Of a stretch of DNA of 64,000 nt, positions 20,658-31,485 are shown piece after piece. The translations under genes were made by a program, and so were the position numbers. The DNA lies in contig JBFMHM010000001.1 in NCBI GenBank assembly GCA_040753015.1, forward strand, positions 8,193 through 72,192, read 5' to 3'. The notes beneath the pieces were generated by a model. It was not told the origin of the DNA. It did not search any database and saw only the letters and a list, made by a program, of their open reading frames with translations. Origin of the DNA: Candidatus Omnitrophota bacterium. Lineage in GTDB: Bacteria > Omnitrophota > Gorgyraeia > Gygaellales > JBFMHM01. The first letter of the stretch is position 1; each line of letters begins with the position of its first letter.

Positions 20658-21489
20658 TTCCCATAAGAATAATTTCGGCCATATATTTATTTTAGCTGGC
20701 TCTTATGGTTTAACCGGCGCGGGCATTCTGGCAAGCCAAGCAGCTATGCGCTCAGGCGCCGGGTTGGTTACACTAGGGATACCTAAAAGCTTAAATCAAA
20801 TTATCGCTTCCCGCTTATTAGAAGCGATGACAAAACCCTTTAAAGAAACAGATCGCAAAACACTAAGCATAGAGGCTTATTCAGAAATCATTAAATTTAT
20901 AACAAAAGTTAACGTACTAGTAATTGGCCCCGGGCTCTCACAGAATAAATCTACTGCTAAGTTAATAAGAAAATTATTATCTTCTAGAATTAATATTCCT
21001 ATTGTTATTGATGCAGATGCAATTAATGCTTGTGGAGGGTATTTAAAAATTTTATGCCGAACAAAAAAAAGAATAATTATAACCCCTCATCCGGGTGAAT
21101 TTTCTCGCCTGATTAATAAACCAATAGAATACATACAAAAAAACCGGTTAACGCTCGCTAGAGAATTCGCAAAAAAATATAATTTAACAGTAATTTTAAA
21201 AGGCCATAATACTATTGTTTGTAATCAAAAAGGTGAAATTTATATAAACAAAACGGGGAACCCTGGAATGGCTACAGCTGGATCGGGCGATGTATTAAGT
21301 GGAATCATTGGCGCCCTGCTAAGTCAAGGGCTTAGCGAATTTAATGCCAGCGTATTAGCTGTTTATATTCACGGGCTTAGCGGTGATTTAGCAAAAGAAG
21401 AGATAGGAGAGATTAGCCTAATTGCAAGCGATCTTATAAATTTTCTTCCCAAAGCTTTTAAAAAATTATATAATACACAAACAATATGA
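20620..21489 (+). CDS. nnrD: ADP-dependent NAD(P)H-hydrate dehydratase (stand-alone)
   Basis: HK..FG, IGPGL, DADA, TPHPGE and MATAGSGDVL motifs. Confidence 0.93.
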   Translation: MQLPTQLFKRKADSHKNNFGHIFILAGSYGLTGAGILASQAAMRSGAGLVTLGIPKSLNQIIASRLLEAMTKPFKETDRKTLSIEAYSEIIKFITKVNVLVIGPGLSQNKSTAKLIRKLLSSRINIPIVIDADAINACGGYLKILCRTKKRIIITPHPGEFSRLINKPIEYIQKNRLTLAREFAKKYNLTVILKGHNTIVCNQKGEIYINKTGNPGMATAGSGDVLSGIIGALLSQGLSEFNASVLAVYIHGLSGDLAKEEIGEISLIASDLINFLPKAFKKLYNTQTI

Positions 21490-21917
21490 AACATAAAATT
21501 TATTATCTGTTTATAATAGGATTATTTTTGAGTGGCTGTGTATTAGTTGAGCCATTTAAAAAATTTTTAGGAACTTCTACTCAGAGCTTAGAAAAAGCTA
21601 AGTCAAGCGGCGTGTCTAAAATTTATGACTATAAAAAAGAAGTTTGTTTTAATAAAACACTTACAGTATTAAAAAATATGCAGGCGTATATCTTTATCGA
21701 AGATAGGCAAAAAAGTGTTATTGTCGTAATGAACCTAAGGAAAAGCGAGGATTTAAAAAAACAAGATGAGACAGATACAACCGAACTTGGTATTTTCTTT
21801 GAGAAGCAGGAGCTAAACAAAACAAAGATTACCATAACAAGCTTGAGTAAAGTTTTGCTTAGTGAATATTCGCAAAAGATTTTTGATAATTTAGATAAAG
21901 AATTGGCTGGGAAATAA
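21486..21917 (+). CDS. Putative lipoprotein
   Basis: Lipobox LSGC after a hydrophobic stretch. Confidence 0.75.
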   Translation: MKHKIYYLFIIGLFLSGCVLVEPFKKFLGTSTQSLEKAKSSGVSKIYDYKKEVCFNKTLTVLKNMQAYIFIEDRQKSVIVVMNLRKSEDLKKQDETDTTELGIFFEKQELNKTKITITSLSKVLLSEYSQKIFDNLDKELAGK

Positions 21918-21945
21918 TATAATAACAAAACCGCGTAATATTTAT

Positions 21946-22018
21946 GCTGGCGTAGCTCAGTCGGTAGAGCAGCTGTTTTGTAAACAGCGGGTCGGGGGTT
22001 CGATTCCTCTCGCCAGCT
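21946..22018 (+). tRNA. tRNA-Thr(TGT)
   Basis: GCTGGCG/CGCCAGC acceptor; anticodon arm GCTGT-TTTGTAA-ACAGC. Confidence 0.96.
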
Positions 22019-22039
22019 TACTGATTTATTTGACAATTC

Positions 22040-22122
<83 letters not shown>

Positions 22123-22164
22123 TAGAAAATTGAACAATAGGTTTGATTTAAGAAAGGATGGTTT

Positions 22165-22764
22165 ATGATAAAAATTATTGATCTATTCTATAAAACTATA
22201 ACAAAACCAAACGAAGCTTTTAAAAGAATAAAAGAAGAAAAACCCATTACAGATGCTTTTATAATTTTTTTCATATATGCTTTTGTAAATTATTTTATAT
22301 CTAAGATTTCAATTATGAAAAATCCGGAATTATTCAAAGAATTAGTAGGACCACAAGCAAAACTCATTTTTAATCCTATTATAAGCATAATATCAAGTGC
22401 GATCTGGCTTTTTATTTTTAACGGAATTTTGCTATTTTTTGTAAAAAAGAAAAATAATTCTTTAAAATATTCTGATATACTAACATTAGATTTTTTTACA
22501 CTTACTCCTATTATTTTATTATTTATCCCTCAATTGTTATTATTAAAATTACACTTATTTTCGCTCGTCTATTTTATGAGTTTTATTCAACTAATCTGGT
22601 GTTTAATATTATTAATTATAGGTATTAAAGTATTTATTTCACTTGAGACGAAAGATGCATTAATTATTTATATAAAAAGCTCTCTGATATTTGCTCTGGT
22701 TATATTAATATCTATATTTCTTTCAACAAAACTTATTGGTTCTGGGATTTATCCAATAAAATGA
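22165..22764 (+). CDS. Yip1-family membrane protein
   Basis: KP.EAF..IKEE N-terminus and about five TM helices. Confidence 0.75.
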   Translation: MIKIIDLFYKTITKPNEAFKRIKEEKPITDAFIIFFIYAFVNYFISKISIMKNPELFKELVGPQAKLIFNPIISIISSAIWLFIFNGILLFFVKKKNNSLKYSDILTLDFFTLTPIILLFIPQLLLLKLHLFSLVYFMSFIQLIWCLILLIIGIKVFISLETKDALIIYIKSSLIFALVILISIFLSTKLIGSGIYPIK

Positions 22765-22769
22765 AAACT

Positions 22770-22840
22770 GCGGGTGTAGTTCAATGGTAGAACAATAGCC
22801 TTCCAAGCTATATATGACGGTTCGATTCCGTTCACCCGCT
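22770..22840 (+). tRNA. tRNA-Gly(TCC)
   Basis: GCGGGTG/CACCCGC acceptor; ATAGC-CTTCCAA-GCTAT. Confidence 0.95.
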
Positions 22841-22847
22841 CTAAAAG

Positions 22848-23588
22848 ATGATTGAACAATTCCTAACTCCAGTTTATATCGAAGCCTTTGACCTAAACGA
22901 TGCCTGGTTTCAATGTTTATCGGCAATTTTAGAAAAAGGATATACTTATATAATTAAACAAGGTAGCTACGAAGGCCAACGGCGCCTAGAATTTGATTTT
23001 GTTACTATTAGAGTAAAACGTCCGGCACATCAAATAATCCCAATTATACCGGAAGGAATGCCAATTCCCGCGCCTACTGATATGAATTATATCGAGGGTT
23101 ATCTATCCTATCTTTTAACAGGCGCAAAGACCGAAAGCGAAGATTACACTTACGGAGAAAGATTAGTATCTCCAAAAATAAGACTGCCCGAGAATAACGG
23201 CCTTTACAAAGAAATACCTATCGGCCCTAGCCAAATTGAAGAAGTAATAAAAATGTATAAAGATAAGGGCGAAGGAACAAATCAAGCTGTAATGGAAATT
23301 GGTATGCCCTCTGACATAGTACTTACAGATCCTCCTTGTTTAAGAATTATAGATACGCGCCTTCGCTATGGAAAATTACATTTTATATTATACTTTCGTT
23401 CTTGGGACCTTTGGGGAGGCTTCCCGTCGAATATGGGAGGCCTTGAACTTGTGAAGCAATATATGGCTAGCGAAATCGGCGTAGAGAATGGAGAGATCAT
23501 CGCTGTGAGCAAAGGCCTACACCTATATGAATATGCATGGGAACTTGCAAAACTAAGAACAAATAAGAATGATTTAAAAATAGTTTAA
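22848..23588 (+). CDS. thyA: Thymidylate synthase, divergent short ThyA type
   Basis: YTYGER, catalytic PPCL, RSWD...FPSN and HLY motifs. Confidence 0.85.
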   Translation: MIEQFLTPVYIEAFDLNDAWFQCLSAILEKGYTYIIKQGSYEGQRRLEFDFVTIRVKRPAHQIIPIIPEGMPIPAPTDMNYIEGYLSYLLTGAKTESEDYTYGERLVSPKIRLPENNGLYKEIPIGPSQIEEVIKMYKDKGEGTNQAVMEIGMPSDIVLTDPPCLRIIDTRLRYGKLHFILYFRSWDLWGGFPSNMGGLELVKQYMASEIGVENGEIIAVSKGLHLYEYAWELAKLRTNKNDLKIV

Positions 23589-23589
23589 A

Positions 23590-24597
23590 ATGCAAAAACA
23601 AGTAAAAAAAATCTGTGTTTTAGGAGATGGCGGATGGGGAACAGCGTTAGCGATTATGCTTTCAAATAAAAACTATGACGTTACTATCTGGGGAGCATTT
23701 CCGGATTACTTAGACTACTTAAGAAAAAACAGGAATAATATCCGTTATTTACCGCAAATCAAAATTCCTACAAAAATCAAATTTAATTCTGATATAAATG
23801 AATCTGTTAAAAACTCCGAAATAATAATTTTAGCAATTCCTTCTCAATTTATGCGTAAGGTTATAAAAAAAATTAAAACAGCATGTTTAAAAGAAAAGGT
23901 TTTCGTCAGTCTGACTAAAGGCATAGAAAATAAATCGTTGAAGAGAATGAGCGAGGTTATTTTTGAAGAACTAGGTAGTATTAATTTAGCAGTTCTTTCT
24001 GGTCCAACAATTGCAGATGAAGTTGCAAAACAAATTCCGACAACTGCCGTTATTGCCTCAAGCAATAAAAAGTTATCAAAACTACTACAAGAAGTCTTTA
24101 TGACTAAATTTTTTAGGATTTATACGTCATCTGATATTATTGGCGTAGAACTTGGCGGAAGCCTAAAAAATATAATCGCTATTGCCTGCGGTATTTCCGA
24201 CGGATTAGGTTTTGGTACAAATACAAAAGCTGCTATTCTTTCTAGAGGGCTGGCAGAAATTATACGCCTAGGAAAAAAATTAGGTGCAAAAGAAGAAACC
24301 TTTTCAGGATTAACAGGTTTAGGCGATCTAGTTACAACCTGCATTAATCCAAAGAGTCGGAATCATTATGTAGGCGAAGAAATAGGTAAAGGGAAGAGCT
24401 TAAAAACCATTTTAAAAAATTTTAAAATGGTTGCTGAAGGTGTGCCTACAGCAAAAAGTGCATATATATTAAGCAATAAATTCAATGTTGAGATGCCTAT
24501 CTCGGAACAAGTTTATCTTGTACTTTATAAAAATAAATCTCCAAAGCAAGCTGTATTTGACCTAATGACTCGCGCGAAAAAACATGAAACAGCTTAA
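23590..24597 (+). CDS. gpsA: NAD(P)H-dependent glycerol-3-phosphate dehydrogenase
   Basis: GDGGWGTA, KGIE, GGSLKN, GLGDL and SRN motifs. Confidence 0.96.
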   Translation: MQKQVKKICVLGDGGWGTALAIMLSNKNYDVTIWGAFPDYLDYLRKNRNNIRYLPQIKIPTKIKFNSDINESVKNSEIIILAIPSQFMRKVIKKIKTACLKEKVFVSLTKGIENKSLKRMSEVIFEELGSINLAVLSGPTIADEVAKQIPTTAVIASSNKKLSKLLQEVFMTKFFRIYTSSDIIGVELGGSLKNIIAIACGISDGLGFGTNTKAAILSRGLAEIIRLGKKLGAKEETFSGLTGLGDLVTTCINPKSRNHYVGEEIGKGKSLKTILKNFKMVAEGVPTAKSAYILSNKFNVEMPISEQVYLVLYKNKSPKQAVFDLMTRAKKHETA

Positions 24598-24649
24598 ATT
24601 CACCCTTTACAATAATCAAAAAAATAGTTATAATTAATAAAATTTGTAA

Positions 24650-24724
24650 CGGGGAGTGGCTCAGCTTGGCTAGAGCGCTTGAATGGGGTTCAAGAGGTCA
24701 TGAGTTCAAATCTCATCTCCCCGA
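24650..24724 (+). tRNA. tRNA-Pro(GGG)
   Basis: CGGGGAG/CTCCCCG acceptor; CTTGA-ATGGGGT-TCAAG. Confidence 0.95.
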
Positions 24725-24742
24725 TAGAACTAAAATAATGAG

Positions 24743-25105
24743 GTGCCTATGACATATTCCGGTCCTGATCGAAGAAAACATGAGAGGATTAGTAAAAAAT
24801 TTATCGTAACCTATAAAGTTAGAGACGAAATGAATAATTATGACATCACTCAGACAAAAAATGTTAGTCTCGGCGGCATGCTTATTTCGACAAACAGATC
24901 ATTTAAATCCGGCACAATCCTTTCTCTAGAAACCAGGCTTCCATTCGTACCAGACAAAATTATACTTTATGCTAAAGTTATTGAATCAAAAGAAGTCGTC
25001 GAAGGCCTAATTTATGACACACGATTATGTTTTCAAGAACTAGATAAACAATCTAAGGAATCGTTAGAAAAAGCAGTTAGTTTTTATCTAAAACCTAAGG
25101 ATTAA
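24743..25105 (+). CDS. PilZ-domain protein (c-di-GMP receptor)
   Basis: RRKHER (RxxxR) and NVSLGG (D/NxSxxG) motifs. Confidence 0.88.
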   Translation: MPMTYSGPDRRKHERISKKFIVTYKVRDEMNNYDITQTKNVSLGGMLISTNRSFKSGTILSLETRLPFVPDKIILYAKVIESKEVVEGLIYDTRLCFQELDKQSKESLEKAVSFYLKPKD

Positions 25106-25109
25106 TATA

Positions 25110-26405
25110 ATGAACAAAATTAACATTGGTTTAATTGGGTGTGGAGAAATAGGCAGCGGCGTTGTAAAAATTTTGAATGAAAGAAAAACTCTATTAAAAC
25201 AAAAAATCGGCGTGGAACTTGTATTAAAAAAAATCTGCGATAAGAATCTAAATTATAAACGCCGTGTAAAAATTAACCTTGGGTTATTAACAAAAAATGT
25301 TCGCGAGATATTAGATGACCCGCAAATAGATATAGTTGTTGAATTAATCGGCGGCATCAATCCTGCAAAAGATTTTATAATAGAAGCGCTTAAAAAATCT
25401 AAATATGTAGTAACTGCAAATAAGGCGCTGCTTGCTACTTTTGGCAAAGAACTTTTCGATGCCGCAAGGACAGCTAATAAGAATATTTATTTTGAGGCAT
25501 CAGTGGCCGGAGGCATACCGGTCATAAAAAGTATAAAAGAAGGGCTAGTTGCAAATAGATTTCTTGGGATTTATGGTATTGTAAACGGGACGTGTAATTA
25601 TATTTTATCAAAAATGTCTCAAGATGGATTATCGTTTGCCGAAAGCTTAAAAGAAGCAAAGAAAAAAGGTTTCGCAGAAAAAAATCCTCGATTAGATTTA
25701 GAAGGCATTGATTCGGCCCATAAATTAATACTTCTTACCTATCTTGCATTTGGCAGATTAATACCGCTAGAACATATTAGAGTAGAAGGCATAACCCATA
25801 TTTCATTATCTGATATAAGATATGCTGATGAACTAAATCTGGCGATAAAATTACTGGCTATTGCCAAAAAAGAAGGCAACAAACTTGATGTCAGAGTACA
25901 CCCAACGCTTATTCATAAGAAACATTTACTTGCCTCTGTAAAATGGGAATATAATGCAATCTATGTTTCTAGCGATCTTGCCGGAAAACAATTATTTTAT
26001 GGAAAGGGTGCTGGGCAATTGCCTACGGCGTCTGCCGTAGTAAGCGACCTGGTTGACTTAGCCAAAGATATAAAAGCCGGGCTTTTCAGGCCTACACTAG
26101 AAATAAATCCTGATACGAGTGTAAAACTCCTACAAGATAAGGACAACATAGAAAGCCGTTATTATATTCGCTTTGTTGCGGTTGATAAACCGGGCGTCCT
26201 TGCTCAAATTGCAGGAATATTAGCTAAGTTTAATATTAGCATAGCTTCTGTAACGCAAAAAGAAAAAGATAGAGCAAAAGTTGTTCCAGTGGTAATGATA
26301 ACCCACGAAGTTAAAGAGGGGCTTATGCGACGTGCACTTGAAAGAATTGATAACCTCGCCCTGGTAAAGGGAAAAACTGTAGCTATAAGAATGGAAGATC
26401 TCTAA
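25110..26405 (+). CDS. hom: Homoserine dehydrogenase with ACT domain
   Basis: [23 protein letters not shown] and DKPGVLA motifs. Confidence 0.96.
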   Translation: MNKINIGLIGCGEIGSGVVKILNERKTLLKQKIGVELVLKKICDKNLNYKRRVKINLGLLTKNVREILDDPQIDIVVELIGGINPAKDFIIEALKKSKYVVTANKALLATFGKELFDAARTANKNIYFEASVAGGIPVIKSIKEGLVANRFLGIYGIVNGTCNYILSKMSQDGLSFAESLKEAKKKGFAEKNPRLDLEGIDSAHKLILLTYLAFGRLIPLEHIRVEGITHISLSDIRYADELNLAIKLLAIAKKEGNKLDVRVHPTLIHKKHLLASVKWEYNAIYVSSDLAGKQLFYGKGAGQLPTASAVVSDLVDLAKDIKAGLFRPTLEINPDTSVKLLQDKDNIESRYYIRFVAVDKPGVLAQIAGILAKFNISIASVTQKEKDRAKVVPVVMITHEVKEGLMRRALERIDNLALVKGKTVAIRMEDL

Positions 26406-27463
26406 TGTTAGGCTGCGGTATAATATCCAGATATAAAGCTTATCTTCCTGTAAGCTCAAAAACCCCTATAATTACGCTTAACGAAGGCAACACGCCTTTG
26501 ATATTCGCTCCATATTTAAGTAAACTAACTGGCAAAAATTATCAAGTATACCTAAAATACGAAGGATTAAACCCTACTGGCTCTTTTAAAGATCGCGGTA
26601 TGACTATGGCAATATCTAAAGCAAAAGAAGAAGGCGCAAAAGCGGTAATTTGCGCATCTACTGGAAACACATCCGCTTCTGCTGCTGCATATTCAGCAAA
26701 AGCTAATATTAACTGCATTGTCTTAATTCCCGAGGGGGCAATCGCTCTCGGTAAACTTGCTCAAGCTCTAATTCATGGAGCAAACGTAATCGCAATAAAA
26801 GGAAATTTTGACAAAGCTCTAGAACTTGTAAAACAAATATCTATGAATTACCCTGTAAAATTAGTCAATTCTATAAATCCCTACCGCATTGAAGGACAGA
26901 AAACTGCCAGCTTTGAAATATGTGATTTTTTAGGATATGCACCAGATTATCATATATTGCCTGTTGGTAATGCTGGGAATATTACTGCTTATTGGAAGGG
27001 CTATTGTGAATATAGGATGTTTGGGAAAATTAAATCCTTACCAAAAATGCTTGGTTTTCAAGCGAGCAATTCGGCGCCGATTGTAAAAGGGCATGCAATT
27101 AAAAATCCAAAAACAATCGCAACAGCAATAAAAATTGGTAACCCTGCAAGCTGGCTGGGAGCAATCAAAGCAAGAGATGATTCCGGAGGATTAATAGAAG
27201 CGGTAACAGATAAAGAAATAATTAATGCCTATAAAACACTTGCTTCTAATGAAGGAATTTTTGCCGAACCAGCGTCCTGCGCATCAATTGCCGGTTTAAT
27301 CAAATTGATAAAAAATAAATACTTCAAAAAATCTTCAACAATTGTTTGCACCTTAACTGGCCATGGCTTAAAAGACCCTGAGCGAGCAATAAAAAGTGTA
27401 AAAAAACCAAAAATTTTAAAACCTGAAATTAAAAATTTATTAAAAGAATTAAACCTAAAATGA
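26405..27463 (+). CDS. thrC: Threonine synthase
   Basis: [16 protein letters not shown] and PVGNAGN motifs. Confidence 0.96.
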   Translation: MLGCGIISRYKAYLPVSSKTPIITLNEGNTPLIFAPYLSKLTGKNYQVYLKYEGLNPTGSFKDRGMTMAISKAKEEGAKAVICASTGNTSASAAAYSAKANINCIVLIPEGAIALGKLAQALIHGANVIAIKGNFDKALELVKQISMNYPVKLVNSINPYRIEGQKTASFEICDFLGYAPDYHILPVGNAGNITAYWKGYCEYRMFGKIKSLPKMLGFQASNSAPIVKGHAIKNPKTIATAIKIGNPASWLGAIKARDDSGGLIEAVTDKEIINAYKTLASNEGIFAEPASCASIAGLIKLIKNKYFKKSSTIVCTLTGHGLKDPERAIKSVKKPKILKPEIKNLLKELNLK

Positions 27464-28686
27464 AATACATAGTCATCATTCCCGACGGTATGGCCGATTA
27501 TCCTCTAGAGAAACTTGGCGGGAAAACTCCCCTTGAAGCTGCCCGTAAACCTAATATGGATAATCTAGCAAAGTTAGGGCAAATAGGTATGACAAAAACT
27601 GTCCCGGAAGGATTAACACCTGCTTCTGATGTTGCAAATCTATCAATTTTCGGCTATGATCCAGATAAATTTTATTCTGGGCGCGGCCCGCTAGAAGCTG
27701 CAAATCTTGGAATTAAACTTGCAATAAACGAAATTGCTTTTAGGTGTAATTTTGTTACTGTTGAAAATGACACTATGGTAGATTATAGCGCAGGCCACAT
27801 AAGCTCTGAAGAAGCAAAGGTGTTAATTGATTTTTTAAATAAAAAATTATCGGATAAACATGTAAAATTCTATCCAGGGATAAGTTATCGCAATATCCTA
27901 GTAATAGATGAAGGGCTAGGCCTCGATTATAAAAACCTAAACTGTACTGCTCCTCATGATATTATGGAAAAAAATGTTATTAAAAATTACCCTAAGGGCA
28001 ATGGTAATAATATACTGATAAATCTAATGGAAAAATCAAAAGAATTGCTTGCTAACCATGACATAAATCATGTCAGGATAGATTTAAAAGAAAACCCGGC
28101 AAATATGATTTGGCTCTGGGGCCAAGGAAAAACTCCGATATTGCCAAAATTTAAAGAAAAATATAATGTTACAGGTGGAGTTATATCTGCTGTAGATTTA
28201 ATAAGAGGAATGGGTAAAATACTCGGATTAAAAAGTGAAAAAGTCAGCGGGGCAACTGGCTATTATGATACAGATTACCAGGCTAAAGCAAAAGCTGCTC
28301 TAGAAATATTAGAAAATAATGATTTTGTTTATATTCATATTGAATCGCCTGATGAAGCAGGGCATAATGGTAATCTACAGGAAAAAATATTAGGTATTGA
28401 AAGGATTGATAAATTTATCTTGGGGCCTATAATCAACGCTTTAAAAAATAAAAATGAGAATTTTCGAATATTGGTTATGCCAGATCATGCAACACCGATT
28501 AAACTTAAAACTCATACTGCAGATGATGTATGTTATTTAATTGCTGGAGAGGGCATTCCTGCTTCAGGCAAAGAAACATTTAACGAGAAAGAAGCAAAAG
28601 AGACTGGATTATATTTTAAACATGCACATAATATAATGAATTATTTAATAAATTTAACTCGGGAAGAACCTGAAAAAAATATTTAA
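27460..28686 (+). CDS. apgM: ApgM-like cofactor-independent phosphoglycerate mutase (proposed homoserine kinase type)
   Basis: DGMAD, TPLE, SDVAN, PDEAGH and PDHATP motifs; located in the threonine operon. Confidence 0.88.
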   Translation: MKYIVIIPDGMADYPLEKLGGKTPLEAARKPNMDNLAKLGQIGMTKTVPEGLTPASDVANLSIFGYDPDKFYSGRGPLEAANLGIKLAINEIAFRCNFVTVENDTMVDYSAGHISSEEAKVLIDFLNKKLSDKHVKFYPGISYRNILVIDEGLGLDYKNLNCTAPHDIMEKNVIKNYPKGNGNNILINLMEKSKELLANHDINHVRIDLKENPANMIWLWGQGKTPILPKFKEKYNVTGGVISAVDLIRGMGKILGLKSEKVSGATGYYDTDYQAKAKAALEILENNDFVYIHIESPDEAGHNGNLQEKILGIERIDKFILGPIINALKNKNENFRILVMPDHATPIKLKTHTADDVCYLIAGEGIPASGKETFNEKEAKETGLYFKHAHNIMNYLINLTREEPEKNI

Positions 28687-28696
28687 TAATTAATAT

Positions 28697-29923
28697 ATGC
28701 GAAATAAATTAATTGTACAGAAATTTGGAGGTTCCTCTGTAAGTAGCATAGAAAGAATTAAAAACGCTGCTTTAAGGGCTTTGAGTTACGCTAAAAAAGG
28801 TTATAAACTAGTTATTGTTGTTTCTGCAATGGGAGATACAACTGATGAATTAATTGATTTATCGAGCCAAATTACAAAAAATCCTAACCCGCGCGAGATG
28901 GATATGCTACTCTCAACAGGTGAGCAAGTATCAAGCGCACTTCTTGCTATGTCATTGCAAAAGCTGGGCCTTAAAGCAATATCCTTGACTGGCTGGCAAA
29001 GCGGCATAGCAAGTGAAGACGTCCATGGAAAAGCAAGAATTATAAAAATTACACCAAAAAGAATTGAAGAAGAATTAAAACATAATAAAATAGTCGTAGT
29101 AACCGGCTTTCAGGGAATTAATTCAAAAGAAGATATTGCCACATTAGGCCGAGGAGGATCAGATTTATCAGCGGTAGCTCTTGCCTATGCATTAGACGCA
29201 AAAATATGTGAAATTTATACAGACGTAAACGGGATTTATACAACTGACCCGCGTATTGAGCCAAAAGCAAAAAAAATAAAACAGATAACTTACGATGAAA
29301 TGCTTGAGATGGCATCATTAGGCGCTCAAGTAATGCAAGCACGTTCAATTCTATTTGCTAAAAAATTCGGCGTAACAATACATGTTAGGTCATCACTTAA
29401 TAAAAAAGCGGGAACGGTTATTTTGAGGGAGGCAAAAATGCTTGAAGAATCGGTTGTAAGCGCTGTAACCTTAAATCAAAGCGAAGCAAAGATTACGATC
29501 TGCGACGTACCCGATAAGCCCGGAATCGCCGCAACAATATTTAAAGAAATTTCAAAAGAAGGCGTTAATGTTGATATGATTGTACAAAATGTTTCCCGCG
29601 CCTCTACTACTGATTTATCTTTTACGGTATCAAAAGGTGAATTAAAACGAGCCTTACGAACGTCAAGGAAAGCAGCTAATAAAATCGGCGCAGGAAAAGT
29701 ATTTTTTGACTCTGATATTGCAAGAGTCTCTATAGTCGGCGTAGGCATGAGATCACATTCTGGCATTGCCTCAAAAATGTTTGAAATACTAGCAGATAAT
29801 AATATCAACATTGAAATGATCTCTACTTCGGAAATATCAATTAGCTGTATCATTCAAAAGAAATTTGGTAAAAAAGCAGTACAGGTGCTTCATGATAAAT
29901 TTGGCTTAGGAGTCAAACAGTGA
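28697..29923 (+). CDS. lysC: Aspartate kinase
   Basis: QKFGGSSV, LGRGGSD and TDV motifs; two ACT domains. Confidence 0.96.
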   Translation: MRNKLIVQKFGGSSVSSIERIKNAALRALSYAKKGYKLVIVVSAMGDTTDELIDLSSQITKNPNPREMDMLLSTGEQVSSALLAMSLQKLGLKAISLTGWQSGIASEDVHGKARIIKITPKRIEEELKHNKIVVVTGFQGINSKEDIATLGRGGSDLSAVALAYALDAKICEIYTDVNGIYTTDPRIEPKAKKIKQITYDEMLEMASLGAQVMQARSILFAKKFGVTIHVRSSLNKKAGTVILREAKMLEESVVSAVTLNQSEAKITICDVPDKPGIAATIFKEISKEGVNVDMIVQNVSRASTTDLSFTVSKGELKRALRTSRKAANKIGAGKVFFDSDIARVSIVGVGMRSHSGIASKMFEILADNNINIEMISTSEISISCIIQKKFGKKAVQVLHDKFGLGVKQ

Positions 29924-31485
29924 AAGAAATTTATTTATACGATACAACCTTAAGAGATGGTGCTCAAACGGAAGGTATTTCCTATTCTCTAAACGACAAA
30001 ATAAGGATTGCTAGGAAACTTGATGAGATAGGCATCCATTTTATAGAAGGCGGTTGGCCAGCAAATTCAAAAGATAAAGCTTTTTTTGATGAGTTAATAA
30101 AGAAACCGTTAAAAAAAAGTTGCTTAACAGCTTTCGGTTCAACACGCCGCCCACATATAAATATTACTAAAGATGAAAATCTAAAAGGCCTGCTTACCGC
30201 TCAAACTAAAGTTATTACGGTATTTGGTAAAACCTGGGATCTACATGTAAGAGACGTTTTAAAAACCACTCTTGATGAAAATTTAAAGATGATTTATGAA
30301 ACAGTACATTATCTAAAAACAAAGAAAAAACAAGTTTTTTATGATGCCGAACATTTTTTTGACGCCTATAAAAATAATCCGGAATATACTTTAAAAACTT
30401 TATCAGCAGCAATAAATGCTGGGGCCGATAGAATAATTTTTTGTGATACAAATGGCGGCACTTTAACTGAAGATATTAAACCAATAATCAGCGAAATAAA
30501 CAGAAATTTCAAAAGTGATTTTGGTATTCACTGTCATAATGATTTAGGGTTAGCTATTGCAAATAGCATTACTGCATTAAACTCAGGATGCACTCAAGTC
30601 CAAGGCACGTTTAACGGCTATGGCGAGCGCTGTGGAAACGCTGATCTTGTAGCAATTATTGGAATATTAAAATTAAAAATGGGAATTAACTGTGTCAGCG
30701 ATATTGCAATAAAAGAATTAACAAAGGCTGCGCGCTTTATAAGCGAAGTTTCAAATATGAAGCAAGAAGAAAGACAGCCATTTGTAGGCCATAGCGCCTT
30801 CGCACATAAAGGCGGCGTACATATTAATGCAGTGCTTAAGAATTCTAAAAGCTATGAGCATATTGACCCAAAATTAGTTGGTAACCACAGGCGCGTTTTA
30901 GTATCAGAGCTTGCCGGAAAAAGCCCAATCTTAATTAAAGCAAAAGAAATGGAGTTAGATTTAGATAAAAATTCTCCCCGCACGAAAAAAATACTCGAAT
31001 TATTACAAAACTTAGAACATAAAGGTTACGCCTTTGAAGCAGCTGACGCATCTTTCGAAGTTCTAGTTAAAAAAGGGCTTGGAAAATATAAGAAATTTTT
31101 TGATTTAGATAGTTTCCGCGTAATTATCGAAAAAAGAGAAAACGGTAAGCTTTATAGCGAGGCAACAATTAAAATACGCGTAAATAATATTTTAGAGCAA
31201 ACAGCAGCAGAAGGCGATGGCCCAGTAAATGCCCTTGATAATGCACTAAGAAAAGCCTTGCTTGGATTTTATCCAAGCCTTTCAAAAATGCACCTATCTG
31301 ACTTTAAGGTTAGAGTGCTTGATGAGAAAGCCGGCACTGCAGCTAAAGTACGTGTTTTAATCCAATCGCAAGACCAGGCTGAATCATGGACAACCGTCGG
31401 TGTTTCAGAAAATATTATTGAGGCCTCCTGGCAAGCGCTTGTTGACAGCGTAGAGTATAAACTGCTCAAAGATAAAACAAAATGA
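29920..31485 (+). CDS. cimA: Citramalate synthase
   Basis: DTTLRDG, DAEHFFD, HCHND, GERCGN and AHKGGVH motifs. Confidence 0.92.
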   Translation: MKEIYLYDTTLRDGAQTEGISYSLNDKIRIARKLDEIGIHFIEGGWPANSKDKAFFDELIKKPLKKSCLTAFGSTRRPHINITKDENLKGLLTAQTKVITVFGKTWDLHVRDVLKTTLDENLKMIYETVHYLKTKKKQVFYDAEHFFDAYKNNPEYTLKTLSAAINAGADRIIFCDTNGGTLTEDIKPIISEINRNFKSDFGIHCHNDLGLAIANSITALNSGCTQVQGTFNGYGERCGNADLVAIIGILKLKMGINCVSDIAIKELTKAARFISEVSNMKQEERQPFVGHSAFAHKGGVHINAVLKNSKSYEHIDPKLVGNHRRVLVSELAGKSPILIKAKEMELDLDKNSPRTKKILELLQNLEHKGYAFEAADASFEVLVKKGLGKYKKFFDLDSFRVIIEKRENGKLYSEATIKIRVNNILEQTAAEGDGPVNALDNALRKALLGFYPSLSKMHLSDFKVRVLDEKAGTAAKVRVLIQSQDQAESWTTVGVSENIIEASWQALVDSVEYKLLKDKTK

